Shown piece by piece: positions 26,831 to 45,100 of a DNA stretch of 64,000 bases. The notes under the pieces are model-generated. The model searched no databases. It saw only the letters and a program-made list of their open reading frames with translations, and was not told where the DNA came from. The position numbers and the translations under genes are program-made. Positions within the stretch are counted from its first letter, which is position 1. The number at the start of each line of letters is the position of its first letter. Source of the stretch: the human T2T-CHM13v2.0 reference genome, Homo sapiens; NCBI RefSeq assembly GCF_009914755.1, contig NC_060926.1; one strand, 5' to 3'.

Positions 26831-26922
26831 TTTAGTCTCCCCAGGTGAGTTGAATATGCAGCCAGGATGGGAATGCTGACACCACAGGGAGGAGAAAGGG
26901 GGCTGAGTAAGGTTTTCCCCAG

Positions 26923-27275
26923 AATCCCCATGAACAAGATGATTTCAGAACAAACAGTGCTGGTGGAGGATGCAGGGATGCGTCTGCTGAAACCCGGCCT
27001 CGCCTGGGACATTGTCAGCTTGGAAACCGCTGAGTGAAACGAAGCTTACATGTGTGTGGTCAAGGCTGTTGACAAAGACAAAAGAACAAAATATTTACAC
27101 AGGAAACAACAACCAAAAAAAAAAGAAGAAGAAAGCAAACGTCGTGTCATGGAACTGCTGAGTGCGTTTTTGCTCGAACATCCCCTGGGGAGATTTACTG
27201 ATTTCTGGAACGCCTCTCCTTTGGGCATCCTGTGACCGCCTTTCAGGAGGAATCTGGATGTACATTTCCTCTGGT
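26923..27275 (+). pseudogene. Candidate relic exon: IPMNKMISEQTVLVEDAGMRLLKPGLAWDIVSLETAE*NEAYMCVVKAVDKDKRTKYLHRK...MELLSAFLLEHPLGRFTDFWNASPLGIL*PPFRRNLDVHFL
   Basis: About 115 codons in one frame with only two TGA (27035, 27233); gttttccccag| acceptor. Confidence 0.55.
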
Positions 27276-27291
27276 CTGTGTGTGTCCTTCA

Positions 27292-27630
<339 letters not shown>

Positions 27631-27941
27631 TTAGGGCTACTGAGATTAAGACTGGTGTGGACATCAGAGCAGCTCAGAGATGGAAGGGCTTTGCTCCCCA
27701 CCATGGTGCACTAGAGGCCGGTGGCGCCTGGCAGACAGATGCAGGGGGAAGTCGCACATAAAACCTGGGTTATGGTACTCGGTACCAGGAACACTCTCCC
27801 TGGACCTTAAACCTCAGCGGAAGGATGTGGGCTTTCTGGTGAGTGCTTTGAGAAACCACCATCTGAGCACACAAAGGGCGCTATGATATTCCAAGTTTCC
27901 AGAGCCACACAGAGCCACCTACCCGGTGCTGCGTTTCACAG

Positions 27942-28031
27942 ACAGACGCCTGATTGCCCTTTCTGTTTCCCATGACTGTCGTCTTCTGCACGCATCCTTC
28001 CCATGTGGGACCTGGCCTGCTCCCAGAGCAG
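27942..28031 (+). pseudogene. Candidate relic exon (frame ambiguous: RRLIALSVSHDCRLLHASFPCG or LPFLFPMTVVF)
   Basis: ctgcgtttcacag| acceptor; weak gtgttt donor. Confidence 0.3.
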
Positions 28032-28199
28032 GTGTTTGCCCCACTGAGCGATGCTGCAGAGCCAGGCCTCGAGCCTGCCCGCCAGCCCCGTCGTCGGCTG
28101 TTGGGGTGGCATTTTATATTTGGCATCGATATCCCCTGGGACTTGGATAGAGAGTCGCCTCCTGTCTGACTATTCTTTGGCTATTAAAAACAGAGCTGG

Positions 28200-28506
<307 letters not shown>

Positions 28507-28915
28507 GAGCTGAGCCAGGCTGAGTGGCTCACGCCTGTAAGCAGCATGTTTGGAGCATGCAGGAGAGCTGGAGCGTGGGGGAATGTGGTTTTTCAGAATG
28601 GAGGGTGGCATCATTTCTTCATTCCTCAGGATGGAGTTGGGGCTGCTGTCCCGGTGTGCCCAGGATTATCCTGGTTTTGGCAAGGGCCTAGCATTCAATC
28701 TGGTGGCTTCAGCACCCACCACACCTCCTAGAACCCAGTAAGCTCTTGACGCATGTCTGTGGGATGCATGGAAGAATGAGTCACCCTACCTCAAGAAATG
28801 TTGATGACTCTGTTTCCTAAGAGAGTAAGATTGACAAATATTTATCACTCAGATTGGTACTAGTCCCTGCTTGGCAGGTAAGTCAGAAGGTTACTTCTGC
28901 ACACAAAATACAGGG

Positions 28916-29219
28916 GAGACTGGGTGCATTGCCTCACACTTGTAGTCCCAACATTTTGGGAGGCCAAGGTGGGAGGATTGCTTGAGCCCAGGAGTTTCAG
29001 ACCAGCCTGAGCAACATGGCAAGACTCCCATTTCTAAAAAAAAAAAAAAAAAAAAATTAATTACCCAGGTGTGGTAGCATGTGCTATAGTCCCAGCTACT
29101 TGGGAGGCTGAGGCAGGAGGATCACTGAGCCCAGGAGGCGGAGGCTACAGTGAGCCATGATCTTACCACTACACTCTAGCCTAGGTGACAGAGTGAGACC
29201 CTGTTAAAAAAGAAAAAAT
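28916..29219 (+). mobile_element. Alu (AluJ-like)
   Basis: TSD AAAATACAG(G/A)GG. Confidence 0.93.
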
Positions 29220-29436
29220 ACAGAGGTGCTCTTGCCCATATTTGTCTCTTCTTAGGATCATGAAACATTTGCCCAGTTAGGTGGATTCATTATGGATATA
29301 TAGATTATATTATCAGATTTTAATCAAAGTAACTGTTCTAAAATGGAGAAGTGCTTCAAAAAAAAACATAGCAAAAAAGAAAAAAAGTCCTAAAATTGAA
29401 AATAATCCTAACATACAAGCCCCAGTGAACAACAGG

Positions 29437-30183
29437 TGTGGTTTAACAAAAATTCTGATCTTTGTCTCCGGCTCCTGACACAGAACTCCTCAAACATTTG
29501 GACTCTCTTGAGTGACTGAACTGTCTTCTTTACGCTAATGAATGATGGGTCTTGGGGAAATGGGGCACTGAGACAGTTTCCGGGTGGGGCTGGACACCAG
29601 CAAGACCAAGCCTCGGTTGGAACTTTCAGCACCCCACCCCCCACCTCCAGGAAGGAGAGAGGGGCTGGAGAGTGAGTTGTCACTAATGGCCAGTGACTTC
29701 CTCTGTCTTGCCTGCATAGTGAAGCCTCCGCTGAAAACCCCTAAGTGATGGGGTTCGAGGAGATTCCAAGTTAGTGAACGCATCCGCACGCCAACAGGGC
29801 AGCACGTCCCAGCTCCACCGGGACGCAGGCTGCCATGACTTGGCCCCTTCTGGCACTCTCCATGTGCCTCTTCACTGGACGGCTTGTTTGTATCCTGTAT
29901 AAACTGGAATGGCAAGGGGAACACTTCCCTTAGTTCAGAGAGGCGTTCTGGCGAATTAGCGAACCTGAGGGTTGGGGGTGGGGACTCCTGAATTCGAAGT
30001 CAGCTGGGCAGAAGTGTAGGTCGGCTGAGGACCCCATTTGTGGCTGGGATCTGAATGAGGCTGTCTTGTGGAACTGAGCCCTTCAACTGTGGAGTCTGAT
30101 GCTAACTCCAGGTAGATAGTGTCAGAATTGAATTAACTTGTTGAACACCAAGTTGGTGTTAGAGAATTGGAGAACCACACAAC
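29437..30183 (+). mobile_element. MER21-family LTR inserted in the Charlie element
   Basis: tctttgtctccggctcctgacacagaactcct...ctaactccaggtagatagtgtcagaattgaatt. Confidence 0.8.
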
Positions 30184-30526
30184 AGGTAACCGAGCTGACA
30201 AATATCAAGTAAAAGCAATAGAGACCTAATCCAATGTGATGAGAAGTCAGCACCCCTCCCTTTTCTAAACTACCAAGGCTATTGGAAATGTGGATTTATG
30301 TATCTATCGTCATTGCTAACAAGAAGCCTCCCTCTAAGTCTACGCTATGCATTGGTATTGGATCACAGCTCAAGATTCCATAAAACTATCTCAATTAGCA
30401 AAACATTTACAAAACTCAGCCTTCAGAACCCAAGACAAACCTCAACACTGTTTGTGATGTTTACAGTTCTACTCTTTATGGACTCTTGAGATTTAATGAA
30501 AAATGTTTAGAAGCTTCTTTTGAGGT

Positions 30527-30840
<314 letters not shown>

Positions 30841-30856
30841 TTTAGGTGTTTTTTAA

Positions 30857-31197
<341 letters not shown>

Positions 31198-31543
31198 TAA
31201 TAGAAAAAGTCCAAGAGGCAACACCAGTGGGCAAATGCTTAAATGGATTACAGACTGGAAAGCAAGATGGCAGCAAACCAAGACACATTTTTTTGGTCAA
31301 CAAATAGTGCTGGAAAATGTGAAGACAACCATTAGAACAAATTATTCAGTGGGAAGTTTGCCACTCAATTGGATGAAACTACAGATATTGTTACTGTATC
31401 TGGGAAAGGTTATGTTTCACAGATGAAGTGCATAAAGAACTCCTTTTTCATGAGCCACCAAAGGAAGGACCTGCCAGAGAAGGCATTTTCTCAACTGTAA
31501 ATGACTTCTGTAATGAAAACAATGTGTTATCGAAAAACTCTGG

Positions 31544-31920
<377 letters not shown>

Positions 31921-32493
31921 TTACAAAGAGAGTGAAACAGGGAATTCGTTGCCTTCGTCACTGAGGCAGGTAGGGGAGGAGGCCAGAGAGCAGAGTGACC
32001 AGAAGCGGTCAGTTTCATAACGCAAGACCTTTCAACAGCTGAGCATCTTTTCAGTACCTTGCACTGAGACGAGAAGCGAAGGAAATCTTTTGTTCCGCAG
32101 AGATTCACTGGTGATCTTGTGACAGAATATTGAAAAGACCCATCGAGCCTTAAACAAACAAACAAAAAGCAAGTGCTCCAATTTTAGCGACCCTTTCTTT
32201 CATACGGTGGCTATGCGTGGTAGCAACCTAGCCGACTCTGAGAATGCAGGCACACACTCACACGATCTGCTGGAGACAGTGACATTCTGATAATCCTAAG
32301 AAAGTCATTGCTTTATATTGTGCAATTGGGCAGTTGGAACAATGTTTGGAAATGTTATTACTGCTTGATATTTTTAGGGAAGGAGCAATGAATGATTTGT
32401 CAACTAAACAACTTTCACATCTTCAGGCTGAAAAAACTTGGGGGCTGGAAAAACTTGTGGACAACAGCAATGACAAACTTGAAAACATAATTC

Positions 32494-32819
<326 letters not shown>

Positions 32820-33367
32820 TAAAAATCATCCCAATGAGGAGAATTGGTAGATTTTGATCACATTTATTAAAAATATTAAAAACTTCCAGTTACTTTGCAA
32901 AAACAATAGATTGACAATAAGGATGATAACAGTTGTCAGATTTTTAAAACAAGCAAACAAAAATGTTTGCATACCAGTGGATTTAAAAGAGAAACCTGGT
33001 TTCATGTGGGTGGACAAGGCCCTTCTTCCTTCTGGCTCTCTGTAACTTTGGCTGTGTATTTTCGGCTATGACGTCCATCAAAATCAAGTATTGAAATAAC
33101 TTAGAACAAGATCTTCAGATCATTAAACCAATTATTAAACCAAGATTTTGTAAGAGAACAAAGCATACCCCATCACCTTGCTTTCACCAACAAAATGTTA
33201 TTTTTGAGATTATTGAGAGCGAAAGGTTATTTTTGAGCCGTTAATGGAAACCAAAATCACAATCATTTAAAAATATTGTTGATCTAACTTTATAGTAAGT
33301 CTTTCTGTTTCCATTTTTTGTGTAAGTTTTATAAGTACATGATATATAAGTACAATAATACATGTGT

Positions 33368-34036
<669 letters not shown>

Positions 34037-34099
34037 AAACTAAGTTAGCTCCAAGACTTTTCACTGACAATAACAATAATCTCTATCTTTTCTGCTCCT

Positions 34100-34572
34100 T
34101 TGCAAAGCAACCTTGCCACAATTTCCTTAGGAAATAGTGCCAGCTTTCCCCCTCCCCTTTGAAGCTGGGCTTGTTTTGAGCAATGAAATGCGGTGGGACT
34201 AACGCTATGTAGGCTCCAAATTTTGGTCTTAAGATAGAAACAGTTTCTACCTTGGTCACTTGGGAAGCCCATTCTTGCGGTCCAACCACCAAGTTAGGAA
34301 TATAGGGAGAAAAGGAGAGAAGTCTTACTGTCCCAGTCATTCCTGCAAACACCAGACACAGAGGTGGCACCGTCTTGGTTGTTCCAGCCCCAGCCATCCT
34401 GTGATAGCAGCTTCACAAGAGACCCACATCAATACCACGTGGAACCGAAGACCTGCCCAGTGGAGCCCTGCTCAAGTTCCTGACCCGCAGAACGTGAGCA
34501 AATACAGTGGTGGCTGTTTTAAACCTCTGAGCTTTGAGGTAGTTGGTTATGTAGCAAGAGGAAACTGAAGCA
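34100..34572 (+). mobile_element. Old MLT1 (F-I type) LTR
   Basis: tcctgacccgcagaacgtgagcaaata...tgttttaaacctctgagctttgaggtagttggttatgtagcaa. Confidence 0.7.
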
Positions 34573-34703
34573 GACCACTAGCCTACGAGGTGAAGTCCAG
34601 ACTCCTCGGCGTGCAGCACGCAAGCCACAAAAGACGTCTGTACCTTCCAAACTACAAAAACTTTGACCTATTTTTAAAAATTGTGGTAAAATATACATAA
34701 CAT

Positions 34704-35639
<936 letters not shown>

Positions 35640-35850
35640 GCTGCAACTCCATACCCATTAAACAACAACTCCCAATTCCGCCTACCTTCCAGTCCTGCAC
35701 CCACCTTCTACTTTCTGTCTGTAGCTATGGCTGCTCTAGAAGCTCACAGGAGTGGAATCACAGAGTTTTTGTCCTTTTGTGACTGGAATATTTCACTCGT
35801 ATCATGTCCTCAAGGTTCAAGGTTCATTCATGGCGTAGAATGTGTCAGAG

Positions 35851-36234
<384 letters not shown>

Positions 36235-36240
36235 TGAATA

Positions 36241-36569
<329 letters not shown>

Positions 36570-37374
36570 TTACTAGACGCCACCACAGCCTTTGCTGTTG
36601 CAGCCGGTTTGATCTATTGCCCCCCGAATATGCCTTACACGTACCTATCTCTGGTGCTTCGCTTATTCCATTTTCCCCTTTTGGAATGCTCTTCCTTTGT
36701 TCTTGGAACAAAGTTCCAAACAAAGTCCTTGTAACAAATTCCCGAGTTCTTGGCATGAACTCGAGCCCTGTTCATGCCATATTGTGCAGCTCAACCCCAA
36801 CTTCTTTCAGGAAATATTCTTGAATGATGCCTTTACCCCATACCCCAGGCGCAGGCTTTCTCTCTCCTGGGGCCCGCAGATCTTACCGTCTGCACTGAGC
36901 GAAGCCTCCCTGCTACTGCTTCCCAGCCATGCGGCGAGCTCTTTGAAGGAAGCCGTGGCGGTATATTTCTCTTGTACCTCTGCTGAGCTCAGTATCAGAA
37001 TGTGCACACAGCAGGTCCCTGATAAGTAAGTGCAAAAATGCATGAATAATATAATGTGTCCTAAGTCCCCTCCCTTCCAGTACATTCGATTTAACTCAGT
37101 AGACACATCCTGCGCCTGCCAGCTCATTCAGCCGCTCAGGGCTGCATCAGCCTGGAGTAGGCACGACTCAGATTTGAAGACTGATAGTCACGAACTCAAA
37201 TTCCAGCTGGGCCACTCAGGGGCTGGGAGACCTTGGTCAGCCTTAATCTATTCACTCATGAGGAGGAAGATCCTAGGGGCTTTCTAGGGTTGGATGAGAA
37301 GCTGTTAGATCCCAGCAGTAAAGTATCTCATCCAGTATTTAGCACTTCAAGGTATGTAGCACACCTGGGGTTAG

Positions 37375-37864
37375 CGCGGTGGTGAATTTTATGAGTCATC
37401 TTGACTAGGTTAAGGGATGCTCAGATAAGCAGCAAAACATTATTCCTGGGTGTGTCAGTGCGGGGGGCGGGGTGGGGGGCATAGTTTTTGAAAGCGATTG
37501 GCATTTCCATCAGGGGACCCAGTAAAGAAGATCCGCTCTCTTCCCTGCGGGTGGGCCTCATCCAACCCATCGAGGAAGGCTTCATAGAACAAAGCGGCAG
37601 AGGAAAGGCCCATTGTCTCTCTTTTCTCCTGAGCTGGAACATGCATTTCTCCTGCCCTCCGACGTCAGAGCTCCTGGTTCTAGGGCCTTTGGACTCAGCC
37701 TGGGACCTCCATCATCAGCTTTCCTGAATCCCCAGTGCAGTGCAGACAGCAGATCTTAGGACATCGTGGCCTATGTAATCACACGCCAGTCCCTCATAAT
37801 AAATCTCTTTCTACTGCTCTCTATACATCCTGTTGGTTCTGCTTCTCTGGAGAACCCTAATACA
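37375..37864 (+). mobile_element. MLT2-type (ERVL) solo LTR
   Basis: aattttatgagtcatcttgactagg...ttggttctgcttctctggagaaccctaataca. Confidence 0.85.
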
Positions 37865-38604
37865 GTCAGGCACCGAGACACTGTCCCACGGCGGAAGGCA
37901 CGCTTCCCCTACCCACCCTACCCTGGAGTTCTCACCAGGAACTAACCCAAAGCTCTGTGGTCAGTAACCTTTTCATATGGAGCTCAGCACAGCAGCTACA
38001 GGAGTAAGCTGCGTGTGGAAAGAAAGAAAGACAATCTCATATATCCTTTCATTATTAGACGGCCCCGTGGCCTTGTCCCTGCCCTATAATTGACCTTCGT
38101 GACTACCTGGCTTCACCCCCAACTGCGAAAGCACACCTCCGCCCTGCCACTGCCACCCGGGGCCTTATTTCACAGGAAACAAAACCGAAGGCAGGGTTTG
38201 GCTCCTGGTCACGTGACAACAAAGGGCTCGTGCTGGGACCTGGGACCACCTCAGGCTCAGAGGAAAGGCATGTCCCAGACCCGTTCCATTCAAAATCTGC
38301 GGCTGCCTGTTTTGATTCTGACATTTCCCCCCAAAGCCAAGTCCTTGGAGCAAGTGGAATTTCCAAGTTTTTTTATTGGTGGCCCCTGGTCTGATGACCC
38401 GCTCAGGAATCTATTTAAAATGTTTTTCTTTTAAATGACAGGAGTAGGTAAACAGGCTTTGAAAAAATATAAGCAATACAGATGGGTAGTACCAAGAAAA
38501 AATAGTGCCTGCCCCTCCCCGCAGCAATGCCTGGAGAGCAGACCCAGGCTAAGGAGAAGTGGCTGCCACTCGTTGAAAAAGAGCCGTCACTTTTTCACTT
38601 CTAG

Positions 38605-40030
38605 ATTCTATCCAAGGAAAGCCCACCTTGTGGCTCCCGAAGCCACTGTTCTATTTCATTCCTATCGCTGTGAACTTCCCTGACGAGGGGTGATTCCTTG
38701 CTGCTGTGGCTTTCCTTGCTCCAGGCGCCCTCAGTGCTTGCAGCCTGGCCGCGTGTGCGCCTCTGCTGGGATGACCCGGTCCTGTTGCCCCGGGGCCCCA
38801 TCGGAAGGCCGGCTTTCCCCACCTTGAGCGGCTCGGCATCTGCCGGCTGACCCCAGCCCTTCCTTCCTGGAAGCCCTTCCGTTCTCGGACTCTGACTTGC
38901 CACATGGCTTTGCTCAGATGCTCAGTCGGCGGGCAGCAGATGCCTTAAGCAGCCACTGCCGGGTGGATGTCCCATCTGGAAAGATCAGATCTAAGAGGTG
39001 ATGTCATCCAGACCCAAGATCAGCAGAAACTGAGGCAAAAGCAAGCTCCGCAGCCTTCCAAAGAGTCCCGTCTGGAACCTAAGAGGGAGTTTGCCGATGA
39101 GAAAACAGGGCATGTTGGAGACGGCAGGGAGGCATGGTGTAGATTTTGTCACTCCCTGAGTAACAGAATTTGAAAAGATTGGATCAAATCAGATCAAAAT
39201 GCTTACTCTGTGCTAGATGACAAAAAGAATACAAATAAATGTAAAATATGGACTCCCCCTCCAAGGAAACATAACAGTCTCCCTTCCCGGACAGTGCTGT
39301 GATTTGACTATATCAGGTAGGAGATTTAGCAGAAAAATCCAAAGCCCTGTCCTCTCATGTCACAGAGGTTCCTTGTCACCTCCAGCAGTGGCACCGACAT
39401 CGTAAGGATCAGGCTCCTCCCGGTTTCAGTGTGTCCTCCCTGGGGTGCAGGACCTGTCCTTGCAGCTGCTGGAACTTGGGTCATTACGTTGAAATTCCAG
39501 CCGTGGGGACTGGAAGGGATGCTCCGCCCTTGAGGACATGAACTCCTAGAAGTGGCACACACTGCTTCTGCTCACATCTCCTTGTCCAGCACTGAGTGAG
39601 TTCAGGGAGGCGTGAAGGCGGCGCTTTCTCCAGGGGCACGTGCTCACTTTTGGGGTACCAGCTGGAAGAAGGGGAGAAGAGGCACGCAGGCATCACAAGC
39701 ATTTTCAAGCAGCAAATAGTGCACTGTGGTGGGGGTAAAGGAGACACGGACGTCTGGAGGCAGCTGGCATCTGTGAGACACTGGACCGTGCCCGGGTTCT
39801 GAGACGGCACATCTGATGAAGGCCACCCAGCCTGTGTGCCCCACTCACAAAGGCGCTCAGGATCTCAGTGCTGGAGGCCCTCCAGGGCCGTGTGTCCCCG
39901 CACCTTTTGATTGAATGCACCCCTCCAGAGGCGCTGTCACCCTCCCGGGCAATTTGGCATTCCTGTAATGTACATGGTTCTTTTTCGGCTTGAACTTCAA
40001 CCTGCTCGAGACTTCTACCCAGGAATAATT
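38605..40030 (+). pseudogene. Candidate large relic exon (phase-1 start): SIQGKPTLWLPKPLFYFIPIAVNFPDEG*FLAAVAFLAPG..., then several frameshifts
   Basis: ctttttcacttctag| acceptor; strongly protein-like 5' part with TGA at 38691; about 1.4 kb without recognisable interspersed repeats; 3' end uncertain. Confidence 0.5.
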
Positions 40031-40557
40031 AAATGCAGCAACCCAGCCCTGAACTGAGTGCCTGCTCTGTGCCAGGTGGGGAGAATGTGGGGGTCGGCTG
40101 AGAAGGGGATCCCATCCTAGGATCCTAGGACCCTTCTAAATCAAGTCACAGAGCGATGCTGACAAACGGAAAATAAGTAGGTCTTTATAGCCCACAAAGT
40201 GTGCAGAGAGTGGTGCTGGGCCTCGAGTGACAGTGTGTACAGTGGTGACGGGCAGGCACCCTGAGAGATGGGGACAGTGAGGCTGCAAGGCAGGACTAGT
40301 GGGGCAGCTAAGGGACTGGGGCTTGATCTCCAGGGGCACTGGGCCAGAAACCTGCAGCAACTGAACCCCTTTCCCAGCCCCCAGAGGGCGGCCGGATGGT
40401 GGGGCCCCATCCCTGCCTGGCCTCCCCGGGCACCACTGTCCACTGTCTGCTTCCATCCCCAAGGCTCTCTGGGCCCTGGGGCAGACCTTGGAACAGGTTA
40501 CTGTGGACCATGGGGACCCCCAGCACCCCCTGAAAATGCTGTCTTTTGTTCCATCAG

Positions 40558-40766
40558 ACCCAGTAGCTCTCCAGGCTCTCCTGACCCCAGTGTCCCTGTG
40601 GAGAGGAGGCCCCAGGCACTGGGGAGCTGGGGCTTGCATCCAGGCCAGTGGCAGGGGGGCCACGCTCCCAGGGCCCGGCCACACCCCCTGGGGCAGGCGG
40701 CCTGCCACACGCTGCTGGCTTTTTCCATATTTACTCCTGAACTTTCCTTCAAACAATCAAGAGGAT
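40558..40766 (+). pseudogene. Candidate relic exon (1->0): PVALQALLTPVSLWRGG...TRCWLFPYLLLNFPSNNQED
   Basis: gtcttttgttccatcag| acceptor, fully open, GAT|gtaccc donor; phase matches the next exon. Confidence 0.45.
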
Positions 40767-41024
40767 GTACCCTCAGCCCAGCTGCCAGGATACACGTGTC
40801 CTCAGCCTTTTCCAGGGAGGGAGCTGCTGCCCTGGGGGTGGGGGGTGGGGGCAGTGCTGGGACGGGAAGGAAACCCAGCCCGCTCCATCCAGGAAGCAAT
40901 AAGCCGCCATCACTGGTTCCACAGCCGCTTGTTCCTCAGTTCGGGAAAGAGGGACATCCAGCACCAGGTGGCAGCGGGTGCTGGGGGCTGCCCCTGCTCC
41001 ATCCACCAGCACTCAGGCTCCCCA

Positions 41025-42060
<1,036 letters not shown>

Positions 42061-42126
42061 GTGGAGAGGTCTGTGCCTAAGCGGGGCCAAGTCTGTGATG
42101 GGGGCTTCCCATGGGTGGGCTTCGGG

Positions 42127-42165
42127 CTCTCTCTCTGTTGCTCTCTCTCTCTCTCTCTCTCTCTC
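42127..42165. repeat. (CT)n microsatellite
   Basis: Directly visible. Confidence 0.9.
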
Positions 42166-42371
42166 GCCAGGACCTTGTTTTCCAGTCTCAATCAGCCATG
42201 CGAGGTGCTCCCTTCCACTACCTCTGAGGACACGCAATTGTTGCCAGAACCTAGAGGGCATCACTGTTGAAACTCCCCTGGGCTCGGGGGCTGTAGGCAG
42301 AGCAGAAGCCCCTCCTTTAGGCCCCCAAGCTCCACTTCAACAAACCACGTGGCTGTAACCAGGGCTTCCAG

Positions 42372-42512
42372 GTATGTGAGTTTGCCAGGGCTGCTGTCAC
42401 ATAGCACCACACACCAGGGGCTTAAACAGCAGGCACATCCTGTCTCACAGTTCTGGAGGCCAGAGACCAAGGTGTGGGCAGGGCTGGTTCCTTCTGAGGC
42501 TGTGAGGCCTCT
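42372..42512 (-). mobile_element. MLT1 LTR fragment
   Basis: tctcacagttctggaggccaga...aaggtgtgggcagggctggttccttctgaggctgtgagg. Confidence 0.7.
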
Positions 42513-42696
42513 GCCTTGGCCTTCTAGTAACTTGGGCTGAGCAGGGGGACAGAGCCGGCCTTGGCTCTTAAAGCCACAGGGCCCTTAAGGTGCCCCACAG
42601 GCTGGGGCAGGCACCACATCCAGTCCTGGAGCTGGGGGCCTTCAAATTCAACTTGCATCTGCCACCAGCATGCAGCTCATCACCTCCCCTTCCCAG

Positions 42697-42826
42697 CCAA
42701 GCAGTGACAATGAAGGCCAAAATCCCTGGGAGCTGATGCCAGGTGGAAAACGCCCTCTAGATGAGGAATTGGGATGTGTGTACAATTCGAGGAATCTGAT
42801 GAATAATTTGGGAGTCACTGAAGTGG
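42697..42826 (+). pseudogene. Candidate relic exon (0->1): PSSDNEGQNPWELMPGGKRPLDEELGCVYNSRNLMNNLGVTEV
   Basis: cacctccccttcccag| acceptor; only one frame is open; consensus G|gtaagt donor. Confidence 0.55.
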
Positions 42827-43452
42827 GTAAGTCCACTGTATCCTTCAGCCGCGTCATGCACTGTGGAAGAACGCCGGGTGGGTTTCTTTCTCCTTTTTGA
42901 TACCCACACTCACTGCCTCCCTCAATAATAAAACTGCATCCATTACAGGCCGAATTCCTGCTCCTGGAGAAGACGGGCACGGATGGGTGCAAGGGGCATT
43001 CAGGAAGGGGCTGACCCAGGGGGGCCGGAGACAGACAGCAGGGGCACTCAAGGCGATGCCGACAGGGTTCCCAGGGGCACTGAGGATGGGAGCCTGGCGG
43101 GTGAGCACCCAAGCCCAGCAAGGTCTACCCTTCCTCCCCTGGCCTGGAGGCTGTGGACCACCACCACACAGGCCCATGGGCTCAGGGCTCTCGGGCTTGC
43201 AACAGGACATGGAGAAAAGACTGAGAAGCCCAGCCCACAGTGGGGGTTTCTGGAATGTTCCCTTGGGAATGGAAGGAACAGGGACCTCTGCAAAGGCTGA
43301 TTTGATTTTGTTGCCAAGCCTTTTATATAAGCCTTTCTCAGTCCCCCCACAGCCCCCCTACACTTGAATTTCTGCTTCTGGATATGTGTGCACAGATGGA
43401 TAAAAATCAAACATAGAATGTGATGTCCCTCTCCAGAACATGTAAAGAACTA

Positions 43453-43801
<349 letters not shown>

Positions 43802-44039
43802 CTATGACCCAGCAGTTTCACGCCCGGGTATATATCCAAAAGAACTGAAAGCAGAGACTCCAACAGAGAGTGCACACCCATGTTCACAGCAGTGTTATTC
43901 ACAGTCACCAGAAGGTGGAAGCGACCCACTTGTCCCTCCGCAGAGGGACGCATCAGTGCAGTGAGGCCCAGTCACACAGTAGATGCTAGTCAGCCATGGG
44001 CAGGCATGAAACTCGAATACCTGTTACCACACCGGTGAA

Positions 44040-44492
44040 CCTCAAGAACACTACGTTAAGTGAAAAAACCAGACACAAAGGGACAAACTCCTCGAAAACA
44101 CCACGTTAAGTGAAAAAACCAGACACAAAGGGACAGACTCCTCGACAACACCACGTTAAGTGAAAAAACCAGACACAAAGGGACAAACTCCTCGAAAACA
44201 CCACGTTAAGTGAAAAAACCAGACACAAAGGGACAGACTCCTCGACAACACCACGTTAAGTGAAAAAACCAGACACAAAGGGACAGACTCCTCGACAACA
44301 CCACGTTAAGTGAAAAAACCAGACACAAAGGGACAGACTCCTCGACAACACTACGCTAAGTGAAAAAACCAGACACAAAGGGACAGACTCCTCGACAACA
44401 CTACATTAAGTGAAAAAACCAGACACAAAGGGACATGACTCCTCGACAACACTACGCTAAGTGAAAAAACCAGACACAAAGGGACATGACTC
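44040..44492. repeat. 50-bp minisatellite, 9 copies (CTCCTCGACAACACCACGTTAAGTGAAAAAACCAGACACAAAGGGACAGA)
   Basis: Period of 50 counted directly. Confidence 0.97.
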
Positions 44493-44710
44493 CACTGATA
44501 TGAGGCACCCGGAAGAGGCAAATTCATAGAGAGAAAAGTCCAGTGGCGGTTACCAGGGGCTGGGAGGAGGAGGAAATAGAGAGTGTTTTGTGGGTGCAAA
44601 GTTTCAGCAGGGGATAATGAACAAGTTCTGGGGGTGGATGTTGGTGATGGCTGCACAACAATGAATGGATTCCTGCCACTGAGCTGCATGTTTGAAAATG
44701 GTTAAAATAA

Positions 44711-45014
<304 letters not shown>

Positions 45015-45100
45015 AATGGTTAAAATAGCAGAGGAATTCTCCCCATGCAAGGGACAGGCCATTTCTCCTTGTCTGATGAAAAGTTCTGCAGATGCCCCAG

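Noticed and set aside
25548-26879. 443/389/368-aa ORFs in three frames
   Set aside because: Artefact of a stop-free 26/27-bp VNTR.
43030-43050. CTCF-like motifs (also about 15860, 20610, 24312, 39921)
   Set aside because: Each misses core positions or spacing; expected by chance in GC-rich DNA.
44040-44492. CRISPR-like regular array
   Set aside because: Head-to-tail units with no unique spacers, L1-derived, in a primate genome with no cas genes.
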